A stretch of DNA of 64,000 nucleotides, taken from Candidatus Kapaibacterium sp. (GTDB lineage Bacteria > Bacteroidota > Ignavibacteria > Kapaibacteriales > UBA2268). The translations under genes and the position numbers were made by a program. Within the stretch, counting starts at the first letter, position 1, and each line of letters opens with the position of its first letter. The stretch is from the NCBI GenBank assembly GCA_963664875.1, contig OY761611.1, forward strand, positions 1,184,001-1,248,000. The letters run 5' to 3'. Shown here piece by piece: positions 8,964 through 19,421 of the stretch. The notes beneath the pieces were generated by a model, which searched no databases, was not told the DNA's origin, and saw nothing but the letters and a program-made list of their open reading frames with translations.

Positions 8964-10286
8964 TTAAAATACCAAAGTATCTGCTGTATTTCTTCTGCCA
9001 TGCACTACATTAGGTGCAACGAAAGACCTTGATTTTTTAACAGCTTTTTCAAATTCATCTCTAAATTTGACCACAAATCCTCTTACAGGCCAAGCAGCAG
9101 CATCACCCAGAGCACAGATTGTATTACCTTCGATGTTATTAGCAACGGAGATAAGCAAATCTAAATCCTTGGATGTACCTTCACCATGAGCAATTCTATG
9201 GAGTACTTTTTCCATCCAACCGCAGCCTTCTCGGCAAGGAGTACATTGGCCACATGATTCGTGATGATAGAAATGAGCAATACGCAATACAACTTTTACT
9301 AAATCTGTGTCTTCATCCATCACCATCACACCACCGGTACCGATATGAGTTCCAAGTGGCTTGAGGGATTCTTCGTCCATTCTAACCCCTTCGATTTCAT
9401 CGCCCCTGAGCGGAGGCATAGAAGAACCACCCGGAATAATGGCTTTGATAGCCTTGTTATTGCGCATTCCGCCACACACATCATAAATCAAATCTGTCAG
9501 CAAAATACCAGTCGGCAACTCATAAACACCGGGTTTATTTATATGTCCGCTAACTCCGTAAAGAAGAGTTCCGGCATGGCCGGGAGCTCCGATTTTGGAG
9601 TACTCTTCTGCACCTATTCTAAAAATGGCCGGTACAGTAGCGATAGATTCGACATTGTTTACAGTAGTCGGTTTGCCCCAAAGACCTGATTGAGCAGGAA
9701 ATGGTGGCTTAAATCTTGGGTAAGCACGAATACCTTCGATAGAGTTCATAAGCGAAGTTTCTTCACCGCAGATGTAGGCACCGGCTCCTTTGTGTACATA
9801 AATATCAGTTTTGAAATCTACACCGAAAGTCTCTTTCATTTTATCGCCTACAAAACCTTTAGCATAGGCTTCGTCTACGGCTTTTTGCATGAGATCGACC
9901 CATTTATGATATTCACCTCTGATGTAAATATAGGCAGCAGTAATTTTCATTGCATAATTAGCAATAAGAATACCTTCTATAAGCTGATGCGGATTAAATT
10001 CAAAAATTTGACGATCTTTGAAAGAGCCAGGCTCTGATTCGTCGCCATTGACTGCCAGATATTTAATACCGTCGTCTTTTGGCATAAAAGACCATTTGAG
10101 ACCTGTAGGAAAGCAAGCTCCTCCCCTGCCTCTAAGTCCTGATTTTTTAACAGTATCTATAACTTCTTCGCGAGACATAGTAATAGCTTTTTTGAACTGT
10201 TCGTAGCCACCATGCTGCATATATACATTAATATCAGAAAGATTTTCAATATCCGGCAAAATAAGTTTAGGAGATGCAGTAGTCAT
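8964..10286 (-). CDS. nuoF: NADH-quinone oxidoreductase subunit F (FMN/4Fe-4S)
   Basis: GLRGRGGACFPTGLKW, NGDESEPGSFKDR, GAGAYICGEETSL, ESCGQCTPCREG...CALGD. Confidence 0.93.
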   Translation of the reverse strand: MTTASPKLILPDIENLSDINVYMQHGGYEQFKKAITMSREEVIDTVKKSGLRGRGGACFPTGLKWSFMPKDDGIKYLAVNGDESEPGSFKDRQIFEFNPHQLIEGILIANYAMKITAAYIYIRGEYHKWVDLMQKAVDEAYAKGFVGDKMKETFGVDFKTDIYVHKGAGAYICGEETSLMNSIEGIRAYPRFKPPFPAQSGLWGKPTTVNNVESIATVPAIFRIGAEEYSKIGAPGHAGTLLYGVSGHINKPGVYELPTGILLTDLIYDVCGGMRNNKAIKAIIPGGSSMPPLRGDEIEGVRMDEESLKPLGTHIGTGGVMVMDEDTDLVKVVLRIAHFYHHESCGQCTPCREGCGWMEKVLHRIAHGEGTSKDLDLLISVANNIEGNTICALGDAAAWPVRGFVVKFRDEFEKAVKKSRSFVAPNVVHGRRNTADTLVF

Positions 10287-10678
10287 TTTTAAAATCTCAG
10301 ATAGTTAAATTTCAAAATATAGAACATATACACTATGGGAATAGTGCATTGCTATTTCCACTTGACGAAAAAGGCTTGCAAATTAGTCTAAAACGACTAC
10401 AATAAAGCACCAAAAAATTATCTGTAATTGCTATAAGTAAGCCTATTCCAAAATCTAATATAACCGATACAAGATACTTAGGCAATTTGAATTATTCTCA
10501 ACGCTATCATTTCTTTCTTCTCGAGTTAACCGCTGAGCATACCCAAAAGAGCCAGAGTAAAAAGAAGCGAATAATATAACTATCTGATTGGAATCGTTTT
10601 GGTATAGAAGCAAGATGTTGGAAGAGATTTATTTCTGTCTGTGGAAAAGAATAGTTTTTTTACTTAACACAATATTTA

Positions 10679-10686
10679 TAACTTTG
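10679..10686 (+). promoter_or_regulatory. Bacteroidota-type -7 promoter element (TAnnTTTG)
   Basis: TAACTTTG about 30 nt upstream of the ATG at 10718. Confidence 0.5.
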
Positions 10687-10717
10687 AAAGCATTTTTACA
10701 ACAAAATAAGATTCGTT

Positions 10718-11086
10718 ATGAATTTTGACATTACAGGCAGACTTATTGAGAAATTTCCGACTCAGGAAGTAACTGCAAGCTTTAGAAAAAGAGAATTTGT
10801 CTTAGAAACGACAGAAAATTTCAACGGAAGAGAATTTTCGGAAACTATTAAGTTTCAGCTTACGCAGGACAGATGCGATGTGTTAGAGTCTTTTTCAATC
10901 AATGAAGACATTTCTGTTAGATTTAACATCAAAGGCAGAAAATGGGAAAAAGACGGCAAAGTAAGCTATTTCAACAACTTAGAAGCATGGAAAATTGAAA
11001 GAGTATCAAATGGAGCCACTCCGCCTCCATTCGATGAATTGCCACCTGAATTGATGCAGGAAGGCGATGATTTAGTACCTTTCTAA
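10718..11086 (+). CDS. DUF3127 family protein (OB-fold-like, acidic SSB-like tail)
   Basis: FRKREFVLET, VRFNIKGRKW, YFNNLEAWKIE and a C-terminal DDLVPF tail. Confidence 0.8.
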   Translation: MNFDITGRLIEKFPTQEVTASFRKREFVLETTENFNGREFSETIKFQLTQDRCDVLESFSINEDISVRFNIKGRKWEKDGKVSYFNNLEAWKIERVSNGATPPPFDELPPELMQEGDDLVPF

Positions 11087-11165
11087 AAAATAATGCTTGC
11101 ACAGTTTACCGGAATCTATTATATTAGTAATTCATGTAAAATTAGCAGATGACTGAGGAAAAATA

Positions 11166-11399
11166 ATGTCGAGAAGATGTGAATTAACAGGTGTCGGCGT
11201 ATTAACAGGTAACAATGTATCTCATGCAAACAACAAAACTCGTCGTCGTTTTCTGCCAAACTTGCAGAAAAAAAGAATTTGGTTGCCTGAAGAAAAGCGT
11301 TACATTACTGTAAAAGTTACAGCAAGAGCTATTAAAACTCTTGACAAAAAAGGCTACAATGCAATGATGAAAGAATTGCAGCAAAAAAATGCTAAATAA
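11166..11399 (+). CDS. rpmB: 50S ribosomal protein L28
   Basis: MSRRCELTG...[20 protein letters not shown]. Confidence 0.97.
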   Translation: MSRRCELTGVGVLTGNNVSHANNKTRRRFLPNLQKKRIWLPEEKRYITVKVTARAIKTLDKKGYNAMMKELQQKNAK

Positions 11400-11430
11400 A
11401 AAAATGCCCTTTTGAAGGGCATTTTTTTTT
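11400..11430 (+). terminator. Intrinsic terminator after rpmB
   Basis: aaatgcccttttgaagggcattttttttt. Confidence 0.85.
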
Positions 11431-11501
11431 ATCTTGCCTAATAATCTACCTCCAAATACTTCTATTCTTTTACTTTACTTAGCTAAAAAAGAAGGATAAG
11501 C

Positions 11502-13109
11502 ATGTACAAACTACTTTTTGTGGGTGCTATGTTGATTGTTCTGTCGGCATGCACATCCACTTATGTACCAAATTTCAACGGACTTACAAGCGGTGTTCGT
11601 GAGCAATACACCTTAGATACAAATTATTTTGAAGGTCAAACTCGCCACAAAGTAATCCGAGCTGCTAATTTACGGATGAAAAAGGACTATGCGGAAGCAG
11701 TCGTAGAGCTACTGGATTTATATAATTATTTTAAAGACCCTTCTATTGCATTTGCTATAGCTGAGAATCTATATGCAATGAATAAACAGACCCTTGCAAA
11801 AACTTATGTCGAAGAGGCTCTGAAATCAGACTCGACATTCATACCCGCTTTTGAATTATTAAGTGAAATCTACCTATCTGAAAGAAATCTTGATAAAGCG
11901 ATTGAGATAATAAATTTTGTCCAGTCGGTTGATTACAAAACAGAAAGAGACTTTGATCTTGCTTTTGCATACGAATTTGTCAATCCACACAAAGCCATCG
12001 AAAAGTATGAATTCCTTTTTGATAAGTACCCTGAAGAGAGAATATCCGAAAGGCTGCTATTCCTATACGAAAAGACAGGCAAAACCGACAAAAAAATAAG
12101 TATGCTAAAGGAACGATACCTTGCGAACCCAATAAACAGTCAAACAACAAAAGAATTGTTCTCCTTTTGGTTAAACAATGGCGACCTAAATGAACTTCTG
12201 ATATTTACTTTTGAAAACGAATCTCGGATTAAGACTGAAGATTTGGTTCTTATCTATGGCTCCGCGGCACAGAAAATGATAAGCGGCGCAGAATATAACA
12301 TGAATATTTTAGATACATTGCTTTCGAAATTTGATATTCGTTTCACTAATGATTGGCAGCTTTATCTTCAGGGATTTTTTCTGGCTGCAGACAACAATTT
12401 GGTTTCATACGAAAAACAATTTTTAGCAATGATAGAACGTTTTTCTGATAAAAAGCAGGATGTATTTTTAGAAATCTCAGTTTTTTTTCAGAGAAAAAAT
12501 AGATATATTGACGCAGAAAATCTATTAACACACTATTATACTGTATTTAGTCAAGACTTCCGCTATCCTTTCCTGTTGGGACTCAATTATCTCTATCAGG
12601 AAAATGATACAAAAGCACTTGAGAATATGTATGAAGCAATTGCAATTGACAGTAATTCTGTTGATGTATGGGTTAATATTGGTATAATATATGATAGATT
12701 AAACAATGTAGATTCGGCAGAAGTTGCTTATAAAAGGGCACTTTCTATAAATAATATGCACGCGCTTGCCAATAATAATTATGCATATTCGCTGGCAAGT
12801 ACCGGGAAAGAATTAAGGAAAGCTCTGGAGATGGTACAAACAGCGTTACAGAGCGAACCCAACAACTCTGCTTATTTGGATACTTACGGATGGGTTTTAT
12901 TCAAACTAGGAAAAAAAGAGTTAGCAATCGAGCAAATATTAAAATCTATAGAAATTGGTGGAGCAGGTCCGGAAGTTTACGAACATCTTGGTGATATTTA
13001 TAAAGAAATCGGCAAAATGGACGATGCTATAAGAGCATACAAAGACGGTTTGTCAAACTTCCCGAATAATGATTTGCTCAAAACAAAATTGGAAGAGATT
13101 AGTAAATAA
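11502..13109 (+). CDS. TPR-repeat lipoprotein
   Basis: Lipobox LSAC; TPR signatures ALANNNYAYSLA, AYLDTYGWVLFKLG, EVYEHLGDIY. Confidence 0.82.
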   Translation: MYKLLFVGAMLIVLSACTSTYVPNFNGLTSGVREQYTLDTNYFEGQTRHKVIRAANLRMKKDYAEAVVELLDLYNYFKDPSIAFAIAENLYAMNKQTLAKTYVEEALKSDSTFIPAFELLSEIYLSERNLDKAIEIINFVQSVDYKTERDFDLAFAYEFVNPHKAIEKYEFLFDKYPEERISERLLFLYEKTGKTDKKISMLKERYLANPINSQTTKELFSFWLNNGDLNELLIFTFENESRIKTEDLVLIYGSAAQKMISGAEYNMNILDTLLSKFDIRFTNDWQLYLQGFFLAADNNLVSYEKQFLAMIERFSDKKQDVFLEISVFFQRKNRYIDAENLLTHYYTVFSQDFRYPFLLGLNYLYQENDTKALENMYEAIAIDSNSVDVWVNIGIIYDRLNNVDSAEVAYKRALSINNMHALANNNYAYSLASTGKELRKALEMVQTALQSEPNNSAYLDTYGWVLFKLGKKELAIEQILKSIEIGGAGPEVYEHLGDIYKEIGKMDDAIRAYKDGLSNFPNNDLLKTKLEEISK

Positions 13110-13127
13110 TTTACAGGTAAGAGAAAT

Positions 13128-13979
13128 ATGTTTGTCATAATTGGTGTTGTACTCGTATTTGCCTCTTTGATTATCGGCTACACAATGCACGGCGGTAATC
13201 TTTTAATACTTTGGCAGCTAAACGAATATATTATCATTGGTGGGATAGCCATAGGCACATTGCTTATTGCAAATCCTTTATCGATTGTTATTGCTGTAAT
13301 AAAAGGTATGATAGGCACTTTAAAAGGTCCTTCTGTAAACAAACAAGTATATTTAGAATTGATGAAAATGCTTTATGAATTATTCCAATTTGCGAAAAGA
13401 GAAGGTTTGATAGCTCTCGAACAGCACATTGAAAATCCCGAATCAAGTTCGATAATATCCAAATATCCTTCCTTTTTGAAAAACCATCATGCTGTAGATT
13501 TTTTGTGCGATACACTGAAGGTTGTATTATCCGGTGGTGTTCCTGCTCATGATTTGGAAGAGCTTATGGATTTGGATATTGAGGCATTGCATCAAGAAGA
13601 ACACAAGCCTGCACACGCACTCTCCATTGTATCAGATGCATTCCCCGGTCTTGGTATCGTGGCAGCCGTACTTGGTATTATCATAACAATGGGGCATATT
13701 AATGACGGTGCTGAAGCTGTGGGACAGTCAGTAGGTGCAGCACTTGTGGGTACATTTTTTGGTATTTTGATGTCTTATGGTATTTTTGGACCACTTTCAG
13801 CAGCTATGGCAAGCAATGTTGCAACAGACGCAAAATATATTGAGAGCATAAAAGCTGCATTATTGTCTTTTGCTAAAGGTGCTCCGGCAGCGGTTGCGAT
13901 AGAGTATGCAAGAAGAACTATCGATCCTCACAATAGACCTACATTTAATGAAACTGAATCGGCGTACAAAGGCGGTTAA
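13128..13979 (+). CDS. motA: Flagellar motor stator protein MotA
   Basis: Four hydrophobic segments; AKREGLIALE, DAFPGLGIVAAVLGII, GAALVGTFFGILMSYG. Confidence 0.93.
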   Translation: MFVIIGVVLVFASLIIGYTMHGGNLLILWQLNEYIIIGGIAIGTLLIANPLSIVIAVIKGMIGTLKGPSVNKQVYLELMKMLYELFQFAKREGLIALEQHIENPESSSIISKYPSFLKNHHAVDFLCDTLKVVLSGGVPAHDLEELMDLDIEALHQEEHKPAHALSIVSDAFPGLGIVAAVLGIIITMGHINDGAEAVGQSVGAALVGTFFGILMSYGIFGPLSAAMASNVATDAKYIESIKAALLSFAKGAPAAVAIEYARRTIDPHNRPTFNETESAYKGG

Positions 13980-13993
13980 GAGGGATAAGGAAA

Positions 13994-14944
13994 ATGGCTG
14001 AAGAACAAAAACAAGGCGGCGATCATAAAGAGCAGCCCATAATAGTAAAAAAAGTCAAAAAAGTTGTCGGCGGTGGACACGGCGGTGCCTGGAAGGTAGC
14101 TTATGCCGATTTCGTTACAGCGATGATGGCATTCTTTATTGTTATGTGGATTCTCGCATCATCAGCAGAAGTAAAAGAGCAGGTTACTGCATATTTTGAA
14201 GATCCGGGAGCTTTCAGTTTCACTACAGGTAAAAGAACTATACCTATAGATTTGGGTTTGAAACCAGTGCCAAGCAAAGGCGAAGGCGATGGTGAGGCCG
14301 GCGAAAAATCATCGAGTAACGGACAAGGTGGTTTTATGCAGTTTGAGGTCAAACTCGACAAGGATTCGAGAGATTCTTTGATTGATCAAATGAAGGAACA
14401 GGCTGCAAAGGACAGCCTTGCGGCTCAAAAACGAGTTGAAAGCTTAGGCAAAGAGCTGGGTGATGCCCTAAAAGAGCTTATGGCAAAACAACCCGAACTA
14501 AAAGAAATTTTATCTTCTATCATAATAGAAATGACTAAAGAGGGACTTAAAATTGAATTGATTGAATCCTCAGAGTCATTGTTTTTTGATATAGGCAGCG
14601 CTAATGTCAGAAAAGAAGCAAGAGATATATTGCAGAAGCTTGCAGTAGAAATAGGGAAACTACCTAATCATGTTGTAATCGAAGGGCACACAGACAGTAG
14701 GAACTACGCTGCAAATGCTAAATATACTAACTGGGAACTATCTGCGGACAGAGCGAATGCTGCAAGAAGAATACTCGAAACAGCAGGTCTATGGGAAGGT
14801 CAGGTCATGAGCGTTACCGGCTATGCTGACAAACAGCTAAGAAACATTCAAAATCCGTTTGATATATCAAACAGAAGAATTAGTATCATAATCAAGCAAA
14901 TCAGAGCAGATCAGTTTTTGCCTGAAGCAGTAGCAGCGGAGTAA
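13994..14944 (+). CDS. motB: Flagellar motor stator protein MotB
   Basis: HGGAWKVAYADFVTAMMAFF (proton-binding Asp) and OmpA-like IEGHTDS...NWELSADRANAAR...NRRISI. Confidence 0.93.
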   Translation: MAEEQKQGGDHKEQPIIVKKVKKVVGGGHGGAWKVAYADFVTAMMAFFIVMWILASSAEVKEQVTAYFEDPGAFSFTTGKRTIPIDLGLKPVPSKGEGDGEAGEKSSSNGQGGFMQFEVKLDKDSRDSLIDQMKEQAAKDSLAAQKRVESLGKELGDALKELMAKQPELKEILSSIIIEMTKEGLKIELIESSESLFFDIGSANVRKEARDILQKLAVEIGKLPNHVVIEGHTDSRNYAANAKYTNWELSADRANAARRILETAGLWEGQVMSVTGYADKQLRNIQNPFDISNRRISIIIKQIRADQFLPEAVAAE

Positions 14945-14946
14945 GT

Positions 14947-16155
14947 ATGGAAAATCAAAAGTTATCATTTCTTTTTGTTGATGATGAGCCTGCTATCATT
15001 GCGTTGCTTAAAGCTACAATAGCCGGTTACTTCAAGGAATCGAAAGTACTTACCGCGAATAATGGCGAAGATGCATGGGAGATAATACAAAATCAAAAAC
15101 CTGATATAGTTATTTCTGATGTATCTATGCCTAAGATGGACGGGATACAGCTTCTTATCAAAACAAGAGCAAATCAGCAGCTAAACGATATATATTTCAT
15201 TGTGATGACTGCTTTGGACAATCCTGAGCAAAGCAATCTTGCATTGGAAAAAGGTGCCGATGATTTTATAAAAAAGCCAATCGAAACTAATTCTTTCATT
15301 GCGAGACTTAGAGCTGCTATACGCTTTGTCAATCTGCAGAAACAAAAGCGTGAAGAAAATGAATTACTACATCAGCTTGCTGACGAGCTAAGAAGCGATA
15401 TTCAGGATACGATTATGCTTGCGGTTAAATTTTTGGAAGCAAGGATTCCTGCAAGCTTCGAAGCACTAAAAAGAATAAGCGAAGCCTCTCTTTGGATAGC
15501 TAAACATCTTGATTTTGTCCAAGAGGAAGAATATGATGATATAGAAATAGCAGGATACCTAAGCGAAGCCGGTCGCATTTTCCTCCCCGATCATTTAGTT
15601 AAAAAGCCGGTATTAGATTTAGGCATACCAACCGATCCGATAATGTATCAGATTCCAAATTCGGCGAGAAGCATAGTCCAATCAGTAGGTAGATTTAAAA
15701 ATGTTGCTAACATACTATTTCATGTTTACGAAAATTTGGACGGAAGTGGATTTCCGGAAAGACTCATCTCCTGGCAGATTCCCATAGGTTCCAGAATAGT
15801 CCGTGTGGCATTGGATTACGAAGAAGCCAGAATATTTTCAGAACGTAGCCCGCGCGAAATTTTGAATATGATGAACAACGACCAGAGTAAACTCTATGAC
15901 CACCGAGTAGTAGTGTTGTTTGATCAATACATAAGATCAGTCAGAAAAGAAGACTACGACCCAAGCGAAATAGGAATTACGATAGCAGAGTTGAAATCAG
16001 GCATGAAATTGACTCGAGACATAATCACAGATAGAGGTCTTAAATTAATCCCTGCCGGTTCGGAATTGACAGATAAAACGATAGAAAGGCTTATTTCTCA
16101 CAACACAGCAGATCCAATACTCGGTAATATTTTTGTAAAAAAAAGCCGCTTATAA
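14947..16155 (+). CDS. Response regulator (REC) with a degenerate HD-GYP-like domain
   Basis: REC: LFVDDE, ISDVSMPKMDG, FIKKP; HD-GYP-like YLSEAGR and HVYENLDGSGFPERL...IPIGSRI. Confidence 0.82.
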   Translation: MENQKLSFLFVDDEPAIIALLKATIAGYFKESKVLTANNGEDAWEIIQNQKPDIVISDVSMPKMDGIQLLIKTRANQQLNDIYFIVMTALDNPEQSNLALEKGADDFIKKPIETNSFIARLRAAIRFVNLQKQKREENELLHQLADELRSDIQDTIMLAVKFLEARIPASFEALKRISEASLWIAKHLDFVQEEEYDDIEIAGYLSEAGRIFLPDHLVKKPVLDLGIPTDPIMYQIPNSARSIVQSVGRFKNVANILFHVYENLDGSGFPERLISWQIPIGSRIVRVALDYEEARIFSERSPREILNMMNNDQSKLYDHRVVVLFDQYIRSVRKEDYDPSEIGITIAELKSGMKLTRDIITDRGLKLIPAGSELTDKTIERLISHNTADPILGNIFVKKSRL

Positions 16156-16170
16156 TTTAAGCGGCTTTTT
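16140..16170. terminator. Bidirectional terminator between the response regulator and thrS
   Basis: aaaaagccgctta-taatt-taagcggcttttt. Confidence 0.8.
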
Positions 16171-16180
16171 TATCTATTGA

Positions 16181-18127
16181 TTAGTCATGTTTTCTTTTAG
16201 CACCGGGCACATTCAACTCTGTGAATAATTTAATAGCCTCTTCGATGTCCATCTTGCCTATATCGCCAACAGTGTGTTCGCGAACAGAAACAGTACCGGA
16301 TTCAATTTCTTTAGCACCAATAATCAGTGCAAATGGAATTTTAGCTTGCTCAGATTCAGCAATCTTACGGTTGACTTTTTCAGCTCTGCCATCATAAACC
16401 GCTCTAAATCCAAGACTTTCCAATCTTTCAGTCAATTCTTTAGCATATTCCTGCTGGTCTCCACCGATAGGAAGCACTGAAATTTGCTCAGGAGCTAACC
16501 AGAATGGGAAATTGCCGGCAGTATGTTCGATAAGAACAGCCACAAATCTTTCCATTGAACCAAAAGGTGCTCTGTGGATCATAATCGGTCTGTGTTTGTT
16601 ATCATCAGCACCGATATATTCCAAATCGAAGCGTTCAGGCAAGTTGTAGTCAACTTGAATAGTACCAAGCTGCCAGCTTCTGCCCAAGGCATCTTTAATC
16701 ATAAAGTCAAGCTTAGGACCATAAAATGCTGCTTCACCAGTCTCAGTTACAGTTTCTAAACCTTTTTCTTCGCAGGCTTCAATGATTGCTCTCTCAGCTT
16801 TTTGCCAGTTCTCTTCGCTTCCGATATATTTCTCTTTGTTATCAGGATCACGAAGTGAAATCTGAGCAGTAAAGTTCTCAAATTGAAGCGCATCAAATAT
16901 GATAAAGATAATATCTATTACTTTTTTGAATTCGTCTTTCAACTGGTCAGAAGTACAGAAAATATGTGCATCATCTTGAGTAAAACTTCTTACACGAGTC
17001 AAACCATGAAGCTCGCCGCTCTGTTCGTATCTATACACAGTACCAAACTCAGCAAATCTTACAGGTAAATCTTTATACGAGCGAGGTCTTGTTTTATAAA
17101 TTTCGCAGTGGTGCGGGCAGTTCATTGGTTTAAGCATGAACTCTTCTCCTTCATAAGGAGTGCTGATTGTTTGATATGAATCCTCAGCATATTTCTGGAA
17201 GTGACCTGATGTTTTGTACAAGTTCACATCTCCAATATGAGGAGTAATCACCTGATCGTAGCCAAATCTTTTTTGTACGGATTTGAGGAATTTTTCTAAC
17301 TGTTCTCTCAAAATTGCACCTTTGGGCAGCCACAAAGGCAAGCCTTGGCCAACACTTTGTGAAAATGCAAATAGGCCGAGCTCTTTGCCGAGACGTCTAT
17401 GGTCTCTTCTTTCAGCTTCTTCGCGTTTTTCTACCCATTCATCCAACATTGCCTGTTTAGGGAATGTTATACCGTAAATACGAGTAAGCATCTGTCTATC
17501 TGAATCTCCACGCCAATAAGCACCTGCAATAGAGTAAAACTTAACAGCTTTAAAGACAGATGTGTTAGGTACGTGTGCCCCTCTACACAAATCAACAAAA
17601 TTACCTTGTTTGTACAATGTAATTTCATCTTCTTTTAGACCTTCCAGCAGTTCAATTTTGTAAGGGTCGCCGACTTTATTAAAATAATCTACAGCATCGT
17701 CCCAAGAAATTTCCATCCTTTCATAATTGGATTTTCTTTTAGCCAATTCTTTAAATTTATTTTCTAACGTTGGTATATCTTCAGAAGAAATTTTGACTCC
17801 TTCAGGCAATTCCATATCGTAATAAAAGCCATTTTCGATTGAAGGACCTATACCAAATTTAGTACCCGGATAAAGCTCAGCAACTGCTTCTGCCATAAGG
17901 TGAGCTGAGGAGTGCCAATATATCTCTTTACCTTCTTCATCATTAAAGGTTACAAAACGAATATTAGCATCTTCATTTATTTTACGAGACAAATCATATT
18001 TTTTATCATTCACAAAACAGCCCAGGGCATTGCGAGCAAGACCTTCAGAAATAGATAGAGCTATCTCCATACCTGTTGTACCGTCAGCATACTCACGCAC
18101 ATTTCCATCAGGAAAAGTAATCTTCAT
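16181..18127 (-). CDS. thrS: Threonine--tRNA ligase
   Basis: TGS domain, [48 protein letters not shown]; ATG at 18127 preferred over the TTG at 18139. Confidence 0.97.
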   Translation of the reverse strand: MKITFPDGNVREYADGTTGMEIALSISEGLARNALGCFVNDKKYDLSRKINEDANIRFVTFNDEEGKEIYWHSSAHLMAEAVAELYPGTKFGIGPSIENGFYYDMELPEGVKISSEDIPTLENKFKELAKRKSNYERMEISWDDAVDYFNKVGDPYKIELLEGLKEDEITLYKQGNFVDLCRGAHVPNTSVFKAVKFYSIAGAYWRGDSDRQMLTRIYGITFPKQAMLDEWVEKREEAERRDHRRLGKELGLFAFSQSVGQGLPLWLPKGAILREQLEKFLKSVQKRFGYDQVITPHIGDVNLYKTSGHFQKYAEDSYQTISTPYEGEEFMLKPMNCPHHCEIYKTRPRSYKDLPVRFAEFGTVYRYEQSGELHGLTRVRSFTQDDAHIFCTSDQLKDEFKKVIDIIFIIFDALQFENFTAQISLRDPDNKEKYIGSEENWQKAERAIIEACEEKGLETVTETGEAAFYGPKLDFMIKDALGRSWQLGTIQVDYNLPERFDLEYIGADDNKHRPIMIHRAPFGSMERFVAVLIEHTAGNFPFWLAPEQISVLPIGGDQQEYAKELTERLESLGFRAVYDGRAEKVNRKIAESEQAKIPFALIIGAKEIESGTVSVREHTVGDIGKMDIEEAIKLFTELNVPGAKRKHD

Positions 18128-18174
18128 AACGCATTCCAATTCTATATAATAAAATATCTATTGTTATCAATTTA

Positions 18175-18182
18175 CAAATATA
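18175..18182 (-). promoter_or_regulatory. Bacteroidota-type -7 promoter element for thrS
   Basis: Minus strand TATATTTG about 50 nt upstream of the thrS start. Confidence 0.5.
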
Positions 18183-18317
18183 CATAATGTTCCTAAAGAA
18201 CGTTCAAATACTATGTAAATTTTTTTTATTATATTGATTTAGGCAAACGAAAGCACAAAGATAGACTATAAACAATACCTATCAGTCTATTCTTCAAAGC
18301 ACTGGAGAAAGAAACAG

Positions 18318-19235
18318 ATGTACCTAACAGAAAAATATATAAACCCGTTTACGGATTATGGTTTCAAAAAGCTATTTGGTGAAGAGCCTAATAAGGATTT
18401 GCTTAAAGACTTCCTTAGCGAACTTTTGCGTGAAGAGCAGGGAGAAATCAAGGAACTCACTTATTTAAAAAATGAGCATCTTGGTTCGACGGATATGGAC
18501 AGAAAAGCTATTTTTGATCTTTACTGTGAAAATGAAAAAGGTGAAAAATTTATTGTTGAACTCCAAAAAACAAAGCAGAATTTCTTTAAAGACAGAACCG
18601 TTTACTATTCCACCTTCCCTATCACCGAGCAGGCAAAAAGGAATGATTGGAATTTTGAACTAAAGGCGGTTTATACAATTGCAATTTTGGATTTTGTTTT
18701 TGATGAAGACAAAGACCAGCCTGATAAATTCAGATACGATGTGAAGTTATCAGATATAGAAACGCATAAAGTTTTCTACGATAAATTGACATTTATATAT
18801 TTAGAAATGCCTAAATTTAATAAGTCAGTCGATGAGTTAGAAACTCGCTTTGATAAATGGCTTTATGTTTTGAAAAATATGACCAGATTGGACAATATAC
18901 CCGAAAAACTCAGAGAGAAAATATTCCTTAAGCTATTTGAAACAGCTGAGATTGCTCGATTTACTCCGGAACAAGCCAAATCCTACGAAGAAAGTTTGAA
19001 ACATTATCGTGATTTGAAAAATTCTCTCGATACCGCTCATGATGAAGGATATTAGGAAGGTTTTGTTGAGGGAATTGAAGAAGGCAGAAAAGAGGGAATT
19101 GAAGAAGGTAGAAATGAAGCCAATATCAATACCATAAATAAACTTCACAATTCCGGTTTTTCGAAAACTCAAATTGCAGAAATACTTGGATTTGATATTA
19201 GTTATGTAGAAAATATATTATCTAAAGCGAAGTAG
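18318..19235 (+). pseudogene. Rpn family recombination-promoting nuclease / PD-(D/E)XK putative transposase, interrupted by an in-frame TAG at 19053-19055
   Basis: INPFTDYGFKKLFG, IFDLYCENEKGEKFIVELQK, FIYLEMPKF; after the TAG the same frame continues EGFVEGIEEGRKEGIEEGR...IAEILG to a TAG at 19233-19235. Confidence 0.82.
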
Positions 19236-19421
19236 CAATATGTACTTAACAGAAAAAGAAACAACTGATAATGCTATATTTGCTCCTGAACAAGCTAAAT
19301 CCTACGAAGAAAGCTTGAAGCATTACCGTGATTTGAAAAATTCTCTCGATACCGCTCATGAGGAAGGTTTTGTTGAAGGGATTGAAGAAGGTAGAAAAGA
19401 AGGAATTGAAGAGGGCAGAAA
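18960..19421 (+). repeat. Imperfect direct repeat, 18960-19114 vs 19279-19421 (Rpn C-terminal region duplicated)
   Basis: Aligned by eye; copy 1 has one extra 12-nt unit. Confidence 0.9.

Noticed and set aside
10287-10717. 430-bp intergenic region with a weak long stem around 10510-10570, considered as an ncRNA or riboswitch
   Set aside because: No recognisable RNA family motif and no convincing ORF; an Rfam/Infernal search would be needed
13128-14944. motAB as a Zorya (ZorAB) anti-phage system
   Set aside because: MotA is normal length without the long ZorA tail, both proteins have canonical flagellar stator motifs, and there are no ZorC/D/E-like neighbours
19053-19055. TAG as evidence of stop-codon recoding or pyrrolysine
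   Set aside because: TAG terminates several intact genes here (ends at 8872, 21354, 51582, 54025), and no other internal TAG or pyl gene was seen
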